From NCBI GenBank assembly GCA_951406725.2, contig OX597817.1, positions 4,526,001-4,590,000 of the forward strand: DNA of 64,000 nucleotides. The letters are read 5' to 3'. The first letter of the stretch is position 1. Each line of letters starts with the position of its first letter. This DNA comes from Octopus vulgaris (Eukaryota). A model generated the notes under the pieces. The model saw only the letters and a list, made by a program, of their open reading frames with translations, was not told the DNA's origin and searched no databases. Shown here piece by piece: positions 38,380 to 52,789 of the stretch. A program made the position numbers and the translations under genes.

Positions 38380-39476
38380 ATAAACTTAGAACTTAGATAA
38401 ACTTAGACTTAGATAAACTTAGATATGTTTCGACCAAAGATTGGTCCAGGCCATGTCTAACTTAATAGCACCACCTGATAGGATTATTCGAATCCTGTTT
38501 AAGTCAAGTTTTGTTCAAGTAGTGAGTTCTTGTTGGGTGAGTTGTATCCAATTATGGGTGGCTTATCTGGTATTCTTTTAAGGAATCTATCCAGACTCTG
38601 TTTAAAGTTGATGGGATCCTTTTCCTCTTTGATCTCCTTCGGGACAATGTTAAATAGGGCAGGGCCTGTTGAGGAAAAGAAATTATGTTGCAGTGTACAT
38701 GTATGTTGTGATCTTGAATTGGGCAGGGGACGTATAGCCCGTGGTCCAAGTCTTGGATGAACCTTGAGGCTAATGTTTAGGTCGTTTGGGCAAAGTTGGC
38801 GGTATATTTTCCACATCGTACAAATGATGTACCACTCACGGCAACGCTGGAGGGAGTAAAGTTTCAAGGCTTTAAGGCGATCCCAATAATCGAGAGCAGC
38901 CATGCCTTCAATGCGTTTAGTGAGAGCCCTCTGGGGTGACTCAATTCTGGAGATGTTTTGTCTTGTGTGAGGAGACCACAGTGGGCAGCAGTATTCAAGG
39001 TGTGGCCGTACAAAGGAGGTAAAAAGTGGTATGATGACACCTTGTTCTCTGGACCGGAAAGTTCTTAAGATCCAGGAACTCATCCTACGAGCTATATCGA
39101 CCTTCTTGTTGATGTGTGCACTCCAACTGAGATCGTCATCAACAATTACACCCAGGTCTCTGATATTGTTAGAGACTGTGAGCGGTTCCCCTGAAGGAAG
39201 AGAGTATGGCTGTTTTAGTGAGGAGTTTCTTCCAAAATGCATCAGCTCAAATTTTCCCTCGTTCAGTTGCATTTTGTTTGTCTGCCCATTGACTCACAGC
39301 ATATAGATCAGACTGGAGTTGAGTTCGGTCTGCTTCTTCATTGACGATTTGCTGGAGCTTGGTGTCATCAGCAAATATTTTCACTTTGCAGTAATGTACG
39401 ACACTGGAAAGGTCGTTTATGTAGATTATGAAGAGTAGCGGACCCAAGACAGTCCCCTGGGGGACACCGCTGGTGA
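38380..39476 (-). mobile_element. CR1-like LINE, 5'-truncated, with short-repeat tail
   Basis: SGVPQGTVLGPLLFIIYINDL, KIFADDTKL, IRDLGVIVD, VRPHLEYCCPLWSP. One frameshift near 39270. Tail of (tctaagttta)-type repeats. Confidence 0.92.
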
Positions 39477-39571
39477 AAACTTAGACATGTTAGATAAACT
39501 GAGATAAACTTAGATATGTTTCGACCAGAGATTGGTCCAGGCCATGTCTAATTTAATAGCACCACCTGATA
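39477..39571 (-). mobile_element. Second, ~95-bp 3' terminus of the same CR1-like family, in tandem
   Basis: Near-identical to 38395-38480 (aacttagatatgtttcgacc...gcaccacctgata). Confidence 0.85.
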
Positions 39572-40458
39572 TAGTGCTAGATTTTATTTGTTTAAATAAT
39601 TATTAACAATTAGTCTTGAATTGATGCAGGTTCTAAAGGTAGTACTACGAACGGTCGTTAAATTTACAGTTATCACAGAGTCGATCACGTATTTTAATTT
39701 GTTGTATTCAATTAAGAGTCGCGTGTTGTTATCATTGTTGTTGTTGTTATTGTTTGTGCTGTGCTTTAACTATTTTTAAATCACAGCATTATTCTTCCAT
39801 CTTATAAAATTACTTTGATGTGATATGTTAGACGATTATGGCAGCTCTATGAAGAAAACAAAAATGCCCCGCTTCTTGTTTTAAATTATTATTGCACTAC
39901 GGTATTATCAATTTGTTTCAAATTATTATAGTTATTGCTGCTTCTGTATATATATCATTTATGAATTGGTTTATTTATATAATACAGTAATAATTAAACA
40001 ACGACAACAAAATAGAAACAACTTTGACAACAGCAAAATAGAATCGACTTTGACAACAGCAGTAATATACAATAAAAAAAGAAATCTTAATTGCACCCTA
40101 AAATAGCATCCATGAATCAAAGAATGATAAAAACAAATATGCAAATCAATTCGCCAAAGCATAAAATCATTAAACACCAACACAAACATGGTCAACAGCT
40201 ATAACAACAGAAATAAAGCGTAATTGCACGTGACAATTTAAAACACGTGCCCCATTGAAGTGTAATAAATAAGCTATTATTTTTACAATAGTAATATATT
40301 TGATAAAGAAATATTGCCTCTCACTAATTATTCGAAAGTACTACAGAAGCATTAATTACGCCATGAGGTACATAATTAAAAAAATATATAAGGACAAAAT
40401 AATTAATTTCAAAATTGTTTAAATATTTATCTTGCATTCGTGTTTGACTAATATATTA

Positions 40459-40684
40459 TATTTCTTTATTGCTCACAAGGGGTTAAACATAGAGGGGACA
40501 AACAAGGACAGACAAACGGATTAAGTCGATTACATCGATCCAGTGCGTAACTGGTACTTAATTTATCGACCCCGAAAGGATGAAAGGCAAAGTCGACCTC
40601 GGCGGAATTTGAACTTACGACGTAACGACAGACGAAATACGGCTACGCATTTCGCCCGGCCTGCTAACGTTTCTGCCAGCTCGC
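40459..40684 (-). mobile_element. SINE family 1, full length
   Basis: Reverse complement closely matches 6554-6785. Confidence 0.9.
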
Positions 40685-41140
40685 TGATGTCATCGTGAAT
40701 GACAAAGAAGAGATTTAGATAGAGACAAACGGTTGGGGGGTCACAGTAAAGGGGATGTTTAGAGACGTCAGTGAGAGTGGTTGCAGGACATACTGGAAAT
40801 AGCTCATAGAATCTTGATCTTTACTTACATTAATCAATTCAGGCTGAAGCAAAAGATTACTGGAGTATAAGTTTCCTACATACATAATTTATCCTTAATC
40901 CCGATTTCTTCCATTTCTGGAAGGGTTTCCTGTTTGTCAGAGTATCGTCTGGTTAATTATTGTATACCTGAATACAAATCCTACCTATGTTAATTCTACC
41001 TCCTTCTTTTCTTGGACTGGTTAAATAAAAATAACAAACTAAGACTCAGTTAGATCGATGTAGATCTAGGTTTTATTCACCCAGGGATTTCAATTTCACT
41101 TTTTTAAACTTCTGGCCTCGAAACCAAATCAGAAATTTTC

Positions 41141-41864
41141 CTTCTTCTTCTTCTTCTTCTTCTTCTTCTTCTTCTTCTTCTTCTTCTTCTTCTTCTTCTT
41201 CTTCTTCTTCTTCTTCTTCTTCTTCTTCTTCTTCTTCTTCTACGTCTTCTTCTTCTTCTTCTTCTTCTGCTTCTTCTTCTTCTTCTTCTTCTTCTTCTTC
41301 TTCCTTCTTCTTCTTCTTCTTCTTCATCTTCTTCATCATCATCATCATCATCTTCATCTTCATCTTCATCGTAATCGTCATCATCATACTCTTTACTCTT
41401 TACTCTTTTACTTGTTTCAGTCATTTGACTGCGGCCATGCTGGAGCACCGCCTTTAGTCGAGCAACTCGACCCCGGGACTTATTCTTTTTGTAAGCCCAG
41501 TACTTATTCTATCGGTCTCTTTTTGCCGAACCGCTAGGTGACGGGGACGTAAACACACCAGCATCGGCTGTCAAGCAATGCTAGGGGAACAAACACAGAC
41601 ACACAAACACACACACATACATATATATATATATACATATATACGACAGGCTTCTTTCAGTTTCCGTCTACCAAATCCACTCACAAGGCATTGGTCGGCC
41701 CGGGGCTATAGCAGAAGACACTTGCCCAAGATGCCACGCAGTGGGACTGAACCCGGAACCATGTGGTTGGTTAGCAAGCTACTTACCACACAGCCACTCC
41801 TGCGCCTATCATCTTCATCTTCATCTTCATCGTAATCGTCATCATCATCATCATCTACTTCTTC

Positions 41865-41905
<41 letters not shown>

Positions 41906-41998
41906 TATCTTCCTCATCATCATCATTATCATCATGACCATCATGATCATGATCATCATCATCATCTTCTTCTTCTTCTTCTTCTTCTTCTTCTTCTA

Positions 41999-42029
<31 letters not shown>

Positions 42030-42122
42030 TTCCTTTTCTTCTTCTTCTTCTTCATCATCATCATCATCATCATCTTCATCTTCATCGTAATCGTCATCAT
42101 CATCATCATCTACTTCTTCTTC

Positions 42123-42197
<75 letters not shown>

Positions 42198-42266
42198 TTC
42201 TTCTTCTTCTTCTTCTTCTTCTTCTTCTTCTTCTTCTTCATCATCATCATCATCATCATCATCATC

Positions 42267-42345
<79 letters not shown>

Positions 42346-42350
42346 TATTG
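41141..42350. repeat. Compound (TTC)/(TCA)/(TTA) trinucleotide array interrupted by a SINE
   Basis: Direct reading; source of the poly-E/R/H/L/I pseudo-ORFs. Confidence 0.95.
41388..41807 (-). mobile_element. SINE family 2, full length, young
   Basis: Head aggcgcaggagtggctgtgtggtaag, B-box-like ggttcagtccc, internal microsatellite, (aaagagt)-type tail. Nearly identical to the 42780 and 50211 copies. Confidence 0.92.
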
Positions 42351-42779
42351 TTATTCATAGAACCTTACGAACTCTGCTTGTTAGTGGAATTAGTGGCTGC
42401 GTTTGTTATGGCAATCGTTGCTAGGTAGAAACAATGCTGTTGATGTTGGTAGTGGATTGTTGTGTTCGGCATTAGGTCAGATTTGATCAAACGGAAGAAT
42501 TAACTGTAGCGTTTTAGCCACGAGCACACCGTCTTCTTTCAGCAGTTGTGAATCATTATCTGAAGTATCTTTAAAATGACAGCCTCAAAGAGCAGAACTA
42601 TGATCATAGGCATTTCACCCCTAACCATGCCATTTTTTTTATTTCCAACAATACAACAAATAGAAAGATTTTATCCCAATAACGTTCTGTATAAAGAATA
42701 AGCAGCATAATGCGGATACATATTTGACTGTTATGTCTAGCATTTCGTGTGATTTCTAAGTATCACCTTGCTGGCACAT

Positions 42780-43205
42780 ACTCTTTACTCTTTTACTTGT
42801 TTCAGTCATTTGACTGCGGCCATGCTGGAGCACCGCCTTTAGTCGAGCAAATCGACCCCGGGACTTATTCTTTGTAAGCCCAGTACTTATTCTATCAGTC
42901 TCTTTTGCCGAACCGCTAAGTGACGGCGACGTAAACACACCAGCATCGGTTGTCAAGCAATGCTAGGGGGACAAACACAAACACACAAACACACAAACAC
43001 ACACACACATACATACATATATATATATATATGCATATATACGACAGGCTTCTTTCGGTTTCCGTCTACCAAATCCACTCACAAGGCATTGGTCGGCCCG
43101 GGGCTATAGCAGAAGACACTTGCCCAAGATGCCACGCAGTCGGACTGAACCCGGAACCATGTGGTTGTTTAGCAAGCTACTTACCACACAGCCACTCCTG
43201 CGCCT
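42780..43205 (-). mobile_element. SINE family 2, full length, young
   Basis: Near-identical to 41388-41807. Confidence 0.92.
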
Positions 43206-43972
43206 TGTTAATTTTTTATAACAGGGCTGCTGTACATTTCAGTACTACAGTATTTCCATATGTACTATCGACTTGGTTTCCTCGAATTGTACACGGCGGC
43301 TGTGAATTACGTCACCTGCCTTTAGTATCACAGTCTTGACTGATTCTGTTGATACCATCAGCATCATAGTCTGTGGCGACCACACTGCTGTCATTATAAG
43401 AAGAATAAATGAATTTGGCGCTAGAAAACGACACTCGTAAATCAACGATCTCACACTCACACATGCGTTCACACATCCACACACAAACACACACAAGCAA
43501 ACACGCACACACACACTCACAAGCAAACACACATACATAAACGCGCTCGGGCACGCACACGAATACAGATAACATAGACACACAACATTCGAAATTCCCA
43601 ACAGAACGAGGTCTGCCAGACATTCAGGAAACTGAAAGGAATAGAAAATTGCCAAATAATTGGCCAGATTTCTAAATTGCTTGGCATGACTGCAGGTTTT
43701 ATGTTTACTAGAACGTCTCGTTTAGATTAATCTAACACTAGTAATATTACCTTCTATAAGTAGTCTTAGACTGATAGATTTAATTTTAGTAATGTTTCTG
43801 TTGTAGCTAAATTACAGAAATTAATTGGAGATATATATGTTTAAAGAAGCATAAAACATACAATGTGTGGGTGTGCTTGTCCGTGTGAGTGAGTGTGAGG
43901 GCGCACATGTAAGTATATAAATTCACGTGTATGAATGTATGTTTTTGAACACACATAAGTGTATGACACAGG

Positions 43973-44029
<57 letters not shown>

Positions 44030-44239
44030 TTATATATATAAATATATATATATATACTTATGAATATATACATATGAATATAGGTAGATATGGTTGTCAT
44101 TATATATGTAGACATTATATGCTAAACTTTTGGAATGTGTTACATATTTTTGCAGTGATTGTGATAACTTGTAATATTTTAATTAGACGTGGTCTTTCTT
44201 TATTTGTGGCTTCTAGTTTCTCAGGATTGGTAGAAAGGC

Positions 44240-44460
44240 GGTGCCATCAGTACCACATTGTGGACTATTGATTCATTGTATGTGGAACTTTCCCTGAGCC
44301 ATGCTTTCTTTATTCTGAAGTTATATTCCCTAATTACACGTTCCTTAATGGGTCACTCATAGGAAACATATTTATCCATTGCTAAGCACCTATAGCATTC
44401 CTCATCCGATATCGAAGGAATAGTCTGGCCATTTATAGTAAGAATTCTTGACAAACATAG
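44240..44460 (-). pseudogene. Very degenerate R4-like RT C-terminal fragment
   Basis: ECYRCLAMD...KERVIREYNFRIKKAW..E parallels the YKYLG...RRVRKI region of the 25200 element. Confidence 0.45.
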
Positions 44461-45119
44461 TTTTCATCTTACAACAAGACCAAAATTATAATAACACTAT
44501 TTATATTCTTGGCATACATTTTCAGATCGTCCATAAGGAAGCAAGGTGGTAGATTGATGTCACATATCTTCAAATTTCCTTATTCCTTTTACTGCAGAAA
44601 ACAGATACATCGACTCAAAATTTCATTATCCTTAACTGCAGAAAGCAATATCATAAACTAGTTTATCTTTTGTCTTATTCGAAACTACGCTTTGTTGAGA
44701 TATGTCAAGTTTATTGAGGCAAAGTAGCTTACAGAAAATAAGAATTCTATTTTCTGATAGATATTTAACATCATTACTGGAATAACCATGCAATTTAATT
44801 TAGCAGTTAAAGGATTATCCAAAAGAAATGTGGATTTACTGAAAGTATAAATAGCATCGCATATATTCTGTCCCCTTGAAATTTATCTTTGTGTTACTGC
44901 ATCATTCATTTTCGGCTGTCAGTCATCGCGATTATGGCCTTTCATCGCTATTGCGTGACTTAATAACCTTTATCCATACTGTTCGGATTTTCACTAGAGT
45001 TTGCCATTTATTAAGATTAATTCCTTTCCACTTCATATACTTTATGCATTATCTTTAAATCGCAGTCTAGGTTTTCGATGGGTTTTTTTTTCCATTTTAT
45101 TGTTGGTTGTAAAGGAGTT

Positions 45120-45660
45120 TCTTGACAGCCCGCTGTTGTCCATCCTGTATTAGTGTCCCAACAAGCGTAACTTTCTATCAATGAGGATTTTCATCACAGG
45201 AGGCAGACCAGCACGCCGGAGGATTTCTTCATTCCTAGTCTTGTCAAAGAGAGGAATAAAAAAAGCACTATAGCCTGGTATACTTTACATTTAATCCGTA
45301 TAGAAACATAACTATTTTCCCCCGGCCTCTCTTGTAGCATCCCAAATGAAGCATTAACCCTGCTCATTCTGTGTGTGATTTCTTGATCTGGTCATACATA
45401 ATCTGAGATGGTGCTGTCTAGGTACTTAAATGCTTTACTTTGGACTAGCCTTCATCTCTAATAGTGATATTGTCTTCTCTTACAGGCGCAGGTAAGCTCT
45501 CCACAGTTTGGTTAAGGTATTCGGTTTTTCTGATGTTAATCTTAAAACTGAACTCTTGTGCAGATCTGGTAAAGCTATCTACCAGTTTCTGAATATCTTC
45601 ACGCCGTGGGCAACCAGCATCCTATTATCAGTGGACAACATCTCTCGCACAAGGATCTTC
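45120..45660 (-). pseudogene. RTE-clade LINE RT C-terminal fragment
   Basis: FKYLDSTIS...DQEITHRMSRVNASFGML...IKCKVYQAIVL. Confidence 0.7.
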
Positions 45661-46037
45661 GAAATGCATAATTTTGTTTTATTAGGTGCGACATTCTATA
45701 TCAACCGGACAGAACGGACTCAGGTTTCCTCTGAACTTGTGTATGAAATTTGGAACAACACTATGTATGTAGGTACGTTTGTATGTATGTATGTATGTAT
45801 GTATGTATGTATGTATGTATGTATGTATGTATGTATGTATGTATGTATCTTTGTAGGTAGGTACGTATGTATGTATGTATGTATTTCGTTTCAGAAGTGT
45901 CCCCAGTTATAACATCATGCAAAGCTCTCAGTTCTGAAATCATTGCATCTTGGAGAAGAAATAGCTTCAGGCTAATGAAGTTGATTAGGTAACTCGGTTT
46001 TCCCTTGTGATCCTTAAAATTTCAGACTAGCATGGGC

Positions 46038-46068
<31 letters not shown>

Positions 46069-46405
46069 TGTATGTATGTATGTATGTATGTTTGTATGTA
46101 TGTTTGTATATATGTATGTTTGTTTGTATGTATGTATGTATGTATGTTTGTATGTATGTTTGTATGTATGTATGTATGTATGTATGTATGTATGTATGTA
46201 TGTATGTATGTATGTTTGTATATATATATATATATATATATATACAGAGAGAGAAAGAGAGATAGAAAGAAAGATAGATAAATAGATCCATGCATACATG
46301 CATATATATATGTACATGCATATGTATATATATATGTATATGTACATACATATGTATATATATGTATGTATATGCATATACATAATTACACGTATATATA
46401 TATGC

Positions 46406-46443
<38 letters not shown>

Positions 46444-49400
46444 ATACGTATACGCTTACATATATGTGTGTTTATGTAGGGGGTAAAGAAAGAAAGAAAG
46501 AGAGAAAGAGAGAGAATGAGAGAGAATGAAAAAGAGAGAGAGGGAAACGAAGATACGTAAGCATTTGAAGCACCAGATTGAGATAATTATTGCAACTAGG
46601 AATACCTGAACTCTCTCTGTCTGTCTGTCTCTCTCTCTCCCTCCCTCCCTCTATCTTTTGTTTATCTGTCTCCTTGATTCTCTGCCATCTGAATGCTGCA
46701 AATGGAGTCATATTTAACCTCAATGACTCGTATCACACCACCACCATGATTCCGATCACCTATCACCGCCACCTTGATTCCGATCACCTATCACCACCCC
46801 AACGTATTATCATGGCTATAATCGTCCGCATCATCGTCTGTATTAAATATTCTTACAGTAAGTAGCTTATCAAATACCAGCTATGAATATATCCTTTAAC
46901 ATTTTCTAATAAATTTCAGAAATGAGCTTGTTAACGAAAAATACAGAATTAATTAATCACCAAAAGTTAGAAAGCACACACATGTGCACGCACACTCACT
47001 GACATATACTTCTACCCACCACGCCTAGGTACATTCGGCCACACGCACTACAACAGATGTACAAATATGAACCTCTGTTGTTTTTTTTCTAACATATTTA
47101 TGAAGTAAAATATCTAGGATTGAGGGCTTAATCGATTTAAATGAACTCAAGTCAAGTCATAGTTGTGGCTAATTATAGTAACTGGATTGCAATCTTGGCG
47201 GAATTTGAATACTGCAGTATATCCATGAGCAGTAATATCTCAACCACCACAAAGAAATGATGGAACTAGATAAAACATAAATTTCCTTTAAACAGCTCAG
47301 AATAATTTTAATAATGAATCTAATAGATTAGCTTCTACTTCCTCGCAACCATTTTCCCTCGTATCAGATTATTCAATACATAGATGTTATCCACCAATCC
47401 GCTTTAATCACTGGTCATTATGAACGTCAAGTTCAGCAGCTTTTTCTGAATTAATAATTTCGTAAATTTATGACATTCGCAAAGGCCATTCAACAAGTCA
47501 ACAACCTGCAGTAAGAGAAAGAAAACAAAATAAGGTTAGGGCTGGGGGTCAGATTTAAATTTGGTTTTCTCAGTTTTATACCTAATCAAATTTCATGTAT
47601 TTCTGAAAGTAGAATGCCATCTGCAGAGAAAGAGTACGCTGTTGGTGGAAAATGAATTTTGAACGATCATCATAAAAGATAGAACTGCTTCAACATTTAT
47701 CGTTTCTGAGAGCGATTTTATAGTCTTGCCTTACTTTGGAGCCATAAATCCTTGATGCAATGGTAGGGGCCGTGTCAAAAGACGTAGCAGAGGCATTTTT
47801 ATATACGGCAACTCTCACGATTTCCGTCGAAAGAAGAATCATCAAACAGAAAAAAAAAAGCAAGGGTTAGAGTAAGATAGGAATTCATCTGTCTTATTTA
47901 TCTACTCTGCGAGGATAAAAGGAGTATTGAACCGTAAGGGGATTTGAATTCTGGGTTTAGATGCTAGGAACGATTACCATGAATATATCTTTCCGATTCT
48001 CTGACGATTCTGCCCATCGACCACATTACTGTACATTGTTTCTTCCATCGATACTACAGCGTATTGGATGAGTTTTGGACTTCTATACTCCGCTGTATTC
48101 CACACAGTTCATGCATCTTAATTTTGACTTTAGGTCGAAACCGACATCGTGTAACTGGAAAGATGGATATGTAGATAACATTTTCTACAGATTTTACCGC
48201 GGAATATAGAAATACAGACGTCTTAAAACAAAAGCTGTATACATTCTGTGTTTTGCCATTCTCTATCTCTCAATTTCTTTCTGTCTGTCTGTCTGCCTGT
48301 CTGTCTGTCTGTCTCTCTCTCTCTCTTCTCATTCGCCCTCTCACCCTTTGTGTATTGTTGGAAGGAAAATACATTTTTGCATGCAATTAGTCGATGTGTT
48401 TGTTTGCTATTGTGTTTAATATGTGAATGTGTTTGATTGTGTGTAGGTATGTGTATGAGTGGTGTATGCGTGTACATGTGATTATGTGTTTGTGTGTATA
48501 TAACTGCGTGTATGTGTACGTGTGTCTGTATCATACTCTTCTGGAATAATGTTGGGTATAGTGGTAACTTATTATATACTATAAGTGATTGTAACATTTC
48601 CCAAACACTTTTGTCTAAGTTATATTTCAATTTTTATGTAAATATACACATTATGTTGCAATCCTGGCTAATTTAAGTTAATTTCAGCTGAGTAGACAAA
48701 TATGCACGTGTACGCGCGCACACACACGCACAAAAATGCATACACGCATATATATTTTTTTTATGATGTTTGTGTTTGTGTACGTACACATGGAATAGAA
48801 AGTAAAACTTATTGTAGGTAAAAACGTAAACCCTTGATAAACAGAAAAATCCTAGATGAGAAAATAAGCGATAATGAAAAGTGTGTATATCATATCTATG
48901 GTTGTACAATGTTTATAAGGCAAGAAAAAAGTAGGCATTTGATTATTTTGTGTTCCCTCAATTGCTCATGATATCTTCAGTGTCACGCTGCCCTTTATTC
49001 AAATGTATGCACGTCGCGACCGTGGAGTATACTTTTTCATCTTGATTCAGACATATATGTAGAACTAAATTATATAGCTCATCGTTCATTCTTTTCTCGA
49101 AAATGAGCTGTGAATCTCTGGTGAGTAAACGAGAGAAGCTCGGTGAGATGAAAAAGTAAAAATAAATAAAATAAATAAATAAATAATTAAATAAATAAAT
49201 AAATAAATAAAAAAGCACATTACGTATGTTGAATCTGAAACGAATTTATGTAGAGAACACGATGACCGTTGCTTTTGCATTAGCCTAATCTACTCATCTT
49301 TCCAATTTTGCAAAGATCAGCAAAGATCGGTTCTTGCCGTTTTTTTAATTCCTTCTTTCTTTCTTTCTTTCTTTTTTCTTTCCTACTTCCGTTCTTCCTT

Positions 49401-50210
49401 TCTCCTATTTTTTTTCTCTCTTCCTCTTCTTTGTCTCTCTCTTTATACTTTTTTTTTTCCACTCATTTACTGTCGATGAAGTTTACTTGAGAAAAATATT
49501 CTTATCTATATTCTTTCATAGAGATATTTTGAAACTAGGCATTTTCTATAGTGTTCGAATATTTTCTCTCTCAAAATTGTTTAGTTATTAAATTTCATGG
49601 CCTTTTATTTTTACATTTTGCCTGTTGCTTAATATTTTTTTCGTAACAATTGCCAATCAATATTTGAGATTAGTTTACATATATTTCTTAAATCAGTTTG
49701 ATTTATCACCTATTGGTAGATATTTCCAAATGCGAAATGGCAAGAAAGTAATGAAATTGTTGAAATTTGCATATTTAGCCAATATAGTTCAGAATATGAT
49801 TGCGCAATAAATGAAAATCTCACACAGCAGGAAGTATAGTGGAAAAACGTAAGATTTTAACCCCAGTGTCGTAAATATTAAATTGATACTAAGATATATT
49901 GATGTAGGAAGAAGTACCTGAAGGACACACGAAAGGGTCCATTGGGATCCCGCGCTTAATCAACGTAGCGGTATTCTACTGGACTACCTGGCAGCGATAG
50001 GGTTTACTGCTTAATATCGTGACCAGGGTTTACTAGTGTGATACCAATGGCTAAGGGGCTTACCCAACCGGATCTATAAAGCATTTCTGCCATCGTCCTC
50101 CATCAGAGCTGTAGTGATTATGCAGCTCTCTTCCACCTGTTCTACCGGTCTTAGACTCCACTTAACCATGACATGGGGAGGGGGTTGTTATAGAGCTTCA
50201 TGGTTACATT

Positions 50211-50622
50211 ACTCTTTTACTCTTTTACTTGTTTCAGTCATTTGACTGCGGCCATGCTGGAGCACTGCCTTTAGTCGAGCAAATCGACCCCGGAACTTAT
50301 TCTTTGTAAGCCCAGTACTTATTCTATCGGTCTCTTTTTGCCGAAGCGCTAGTTTACGGGGACGTAAACACACCAGCATCGGTTGTCAGGCAACGCTAGG
50401 GGGACAAACACAGACACACAAACGGACACACACATACATATATATATATACATATATACGACAGGCTTCTTTCAGTTTCTGTCTACCAAATCCACTCAGA
50501 AGGCATTGGTCGGCCCGGGGCTATAGCAGAAGACACTTGACCAAGATGCCACGCAGTGGGACTGAACCCGGAACCATGTGGTTGGTTAGCAAGCTACTTA
50601 CCACACAGCCACTCCTGCGCCT
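50211..50622 (-). mobile_element. SINE family 2, full length
   Basis: Near-identical to 41388-41807. Confidence 0.92.
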
Positions 50623-51639
50623 TGTTTATAATGTATTTATAAGTGTAAATTCAGTCATAATTCCCTATTTAATAATCGTGATAATCATGGTGGATCCCCG
50701 TCGCTCGACAGTGATAGCTCAGTTTACTGCCCATGAATTAATGTGAGTATTTCACACGTACACATGGGTACCCATAAAGTAATTCTCAGATAGCATAAGC
50801 GTGAAATAATGTGTGCTTTCTTGCTGATCATCGGTGTTTTGGGCACTGCATATTTCTATAAAGGTCAGGCAGAAAATATGAGTATTTTGCAGTTATGTTA
50901 CCTTCGATCATAATATGCCAGTAGCTTGTTCTTCTACAGTAAAATGTTCTTCTACAGTAATTTTGTGACGATCGTAAGGACTGTCTCGGCTTAGATTGCT
51001 TTGCCATTTTTTTGGCCGGAGTTCATTCCTAAATATAAACTGTGATTTCTATGCGAAACATTTTCTTTGATCTCTCGAAAATGAGTTTTTCTTAATTGAT
51101 GAAGGAAGTATGTAATTATACTGTGTATAAAAACATATTTCATTCAATCAACTTTTACCGATGATATTTCAACTCTGTGGGAAGCAGATGAGTGTGAAAT
51201 TATATTTGTGCTCGTATATCCGGCATGTGCTGATGTATGAACACAAAACCTCATCATCAACTTTTTGGTGGAGGGACTCAGTTGTTCTCTTACTAGATTT
51301 ACTAAAATGCAAGGATAGGTAATAGGTTGGCACCATATTACTTCCTGCAAACCATCTTCCAATTTCATTTGCTGGTATTTTCAGTTTCCGTACATATCGT
51401 AGCCTCTTCACGGATAGAATAATTTACTCTATAGTGTGTAATTACTCGTCCACATTGTTTTGATTTGGGATGTTAATGCAGAATGATGACCTTCCACTAA
51501 GATAAACAATGGCTTCATACGTGTAAATATTTTATAGAATGTAGCTACAGTTTAATGCACCAACGGTTACCTTCAATCTTAACAAAATTCGGGTGTCATT
51601 TACATTATTAAATTCTTCAAATTCCTCACATATAAGCTT

Positions 51640-51860
51640 ATTAGTGTTTAGAATTGGTGTGGCAACAAAGCACATAATTGCTCATGAAACTCTGCACGTG
51701 CACAAAATTTGTGCCCTGTTTGTTCTCAGGGAGCTCAATGACAAGCATCCTTTTAATTAACTTGAGAGTGATGGGCATCAATACTGTTCTTAACTCTCTC
51801 TACTGTCTAGAACTTGCTCTATCTGATTATTAATTGTTTCTCATGTAAAAAAAAATAGTC
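51640..51860 (+). mobile_element. Internally deleted mariner relic
   Basis: HKICALFVLREL (ICAKFVPR.L) fused to NSLYCLELALSDY.LF (PYSPDLAP.DF.LF). Confidence 0.6.
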
Positions 51861-52288
51861 GTATTGAAGTTGAAGGCGGCTGTGACAAGGGTATTGGAGC
51901 TTCATGCGGTCTTCACGAAGTGGCAGGAGTGATAGATACAACAGGAGCATTGAGTAAAAGGATCCTATAATGAAAGAGACGAGAATTTTTTTTCTTTGAA
52001 ATCAATAAAAGCTACTTTTGAAGAAGTTGGGCTCTAGATTCCCTTTTCGCTGAAAATAAGAAGAGCTTCTGATTGCATGACATTATTTCCTGTCAATATT
52101 GAAGTCAAAGTTTCCGTGATGTGCATCTACATATCCTATTGGAGAGAGGATAATTTCAGCAAATCAAAGATTATCATATTTGTTATCCAGAATAAACTCT
52201 TGAAATTTATGCCAAATGACAGCATTAGCTATTTCTGATTGCTTACCACATAAAGGTTTGTACGTATGCCCATATATACGTAACTTTC

Positions 52289-52560
52289 TTGTGTGACAGA
52301 CCATGCCTGTCATTTGCTTGCTCAAGATCTCATCTACGAGCGCATGGAAAACGAACCTCCACCAACTATTCTGCCTGTATGTCTGTGCACACCTTTGAAT
52401 GCAGTATATGCCAGAAGGTTTGTAAATCCAACGGAGGCCTCAAAAGACATTTTAAGATCCAGAAAGAAGCAGAACTTATCTGCAGTTTTTGCTGGTCCTA
52501 ATCGGAGGTGTAATCTATGTGGATGAATTTTTGAGAACATTGTCTAATATAAGAAATCAC
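52289..52560 (+). pseudogene. Degenerate C2H2 zinc-finger pair, probably the C-terminus of an RTE-type LINE
   Basis: CDRPCLSFACSRSHLRAH and CSICQKVCKSNGGLKRHFKIQ. No TGEKP linker and no splice context. Confidence 0.5.
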
Positions 52561-52659
52561 ATCAGGTGCCATGATAGAGCTAAGCTGTCGGTACGATGCA
52601 TAAGGAGTAGATAACCACACAGACACACACATACATACATACATACATATGTATATATT

Positions 52660-52759
<100 letters not shown>

Positions 52760-52789
52760 TCTGTGTGTGTATCTCTGTGCGTGTGTGTA

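Noticed and set aside
38418-38462. CR1 3' UTR reading UUAGA...GACCA/UGGUC GAAA CA UA UCUAA on minus, hammerhead-shaped
   Set aside because: No CUGANGA (CAUGGCCUG in both copies); better explained as an ordinary LINE 3' stem-loop.
46741-46796. 28-bp tandem duplication
   Set aside because: Ordinary slippage duplication with no further structure.
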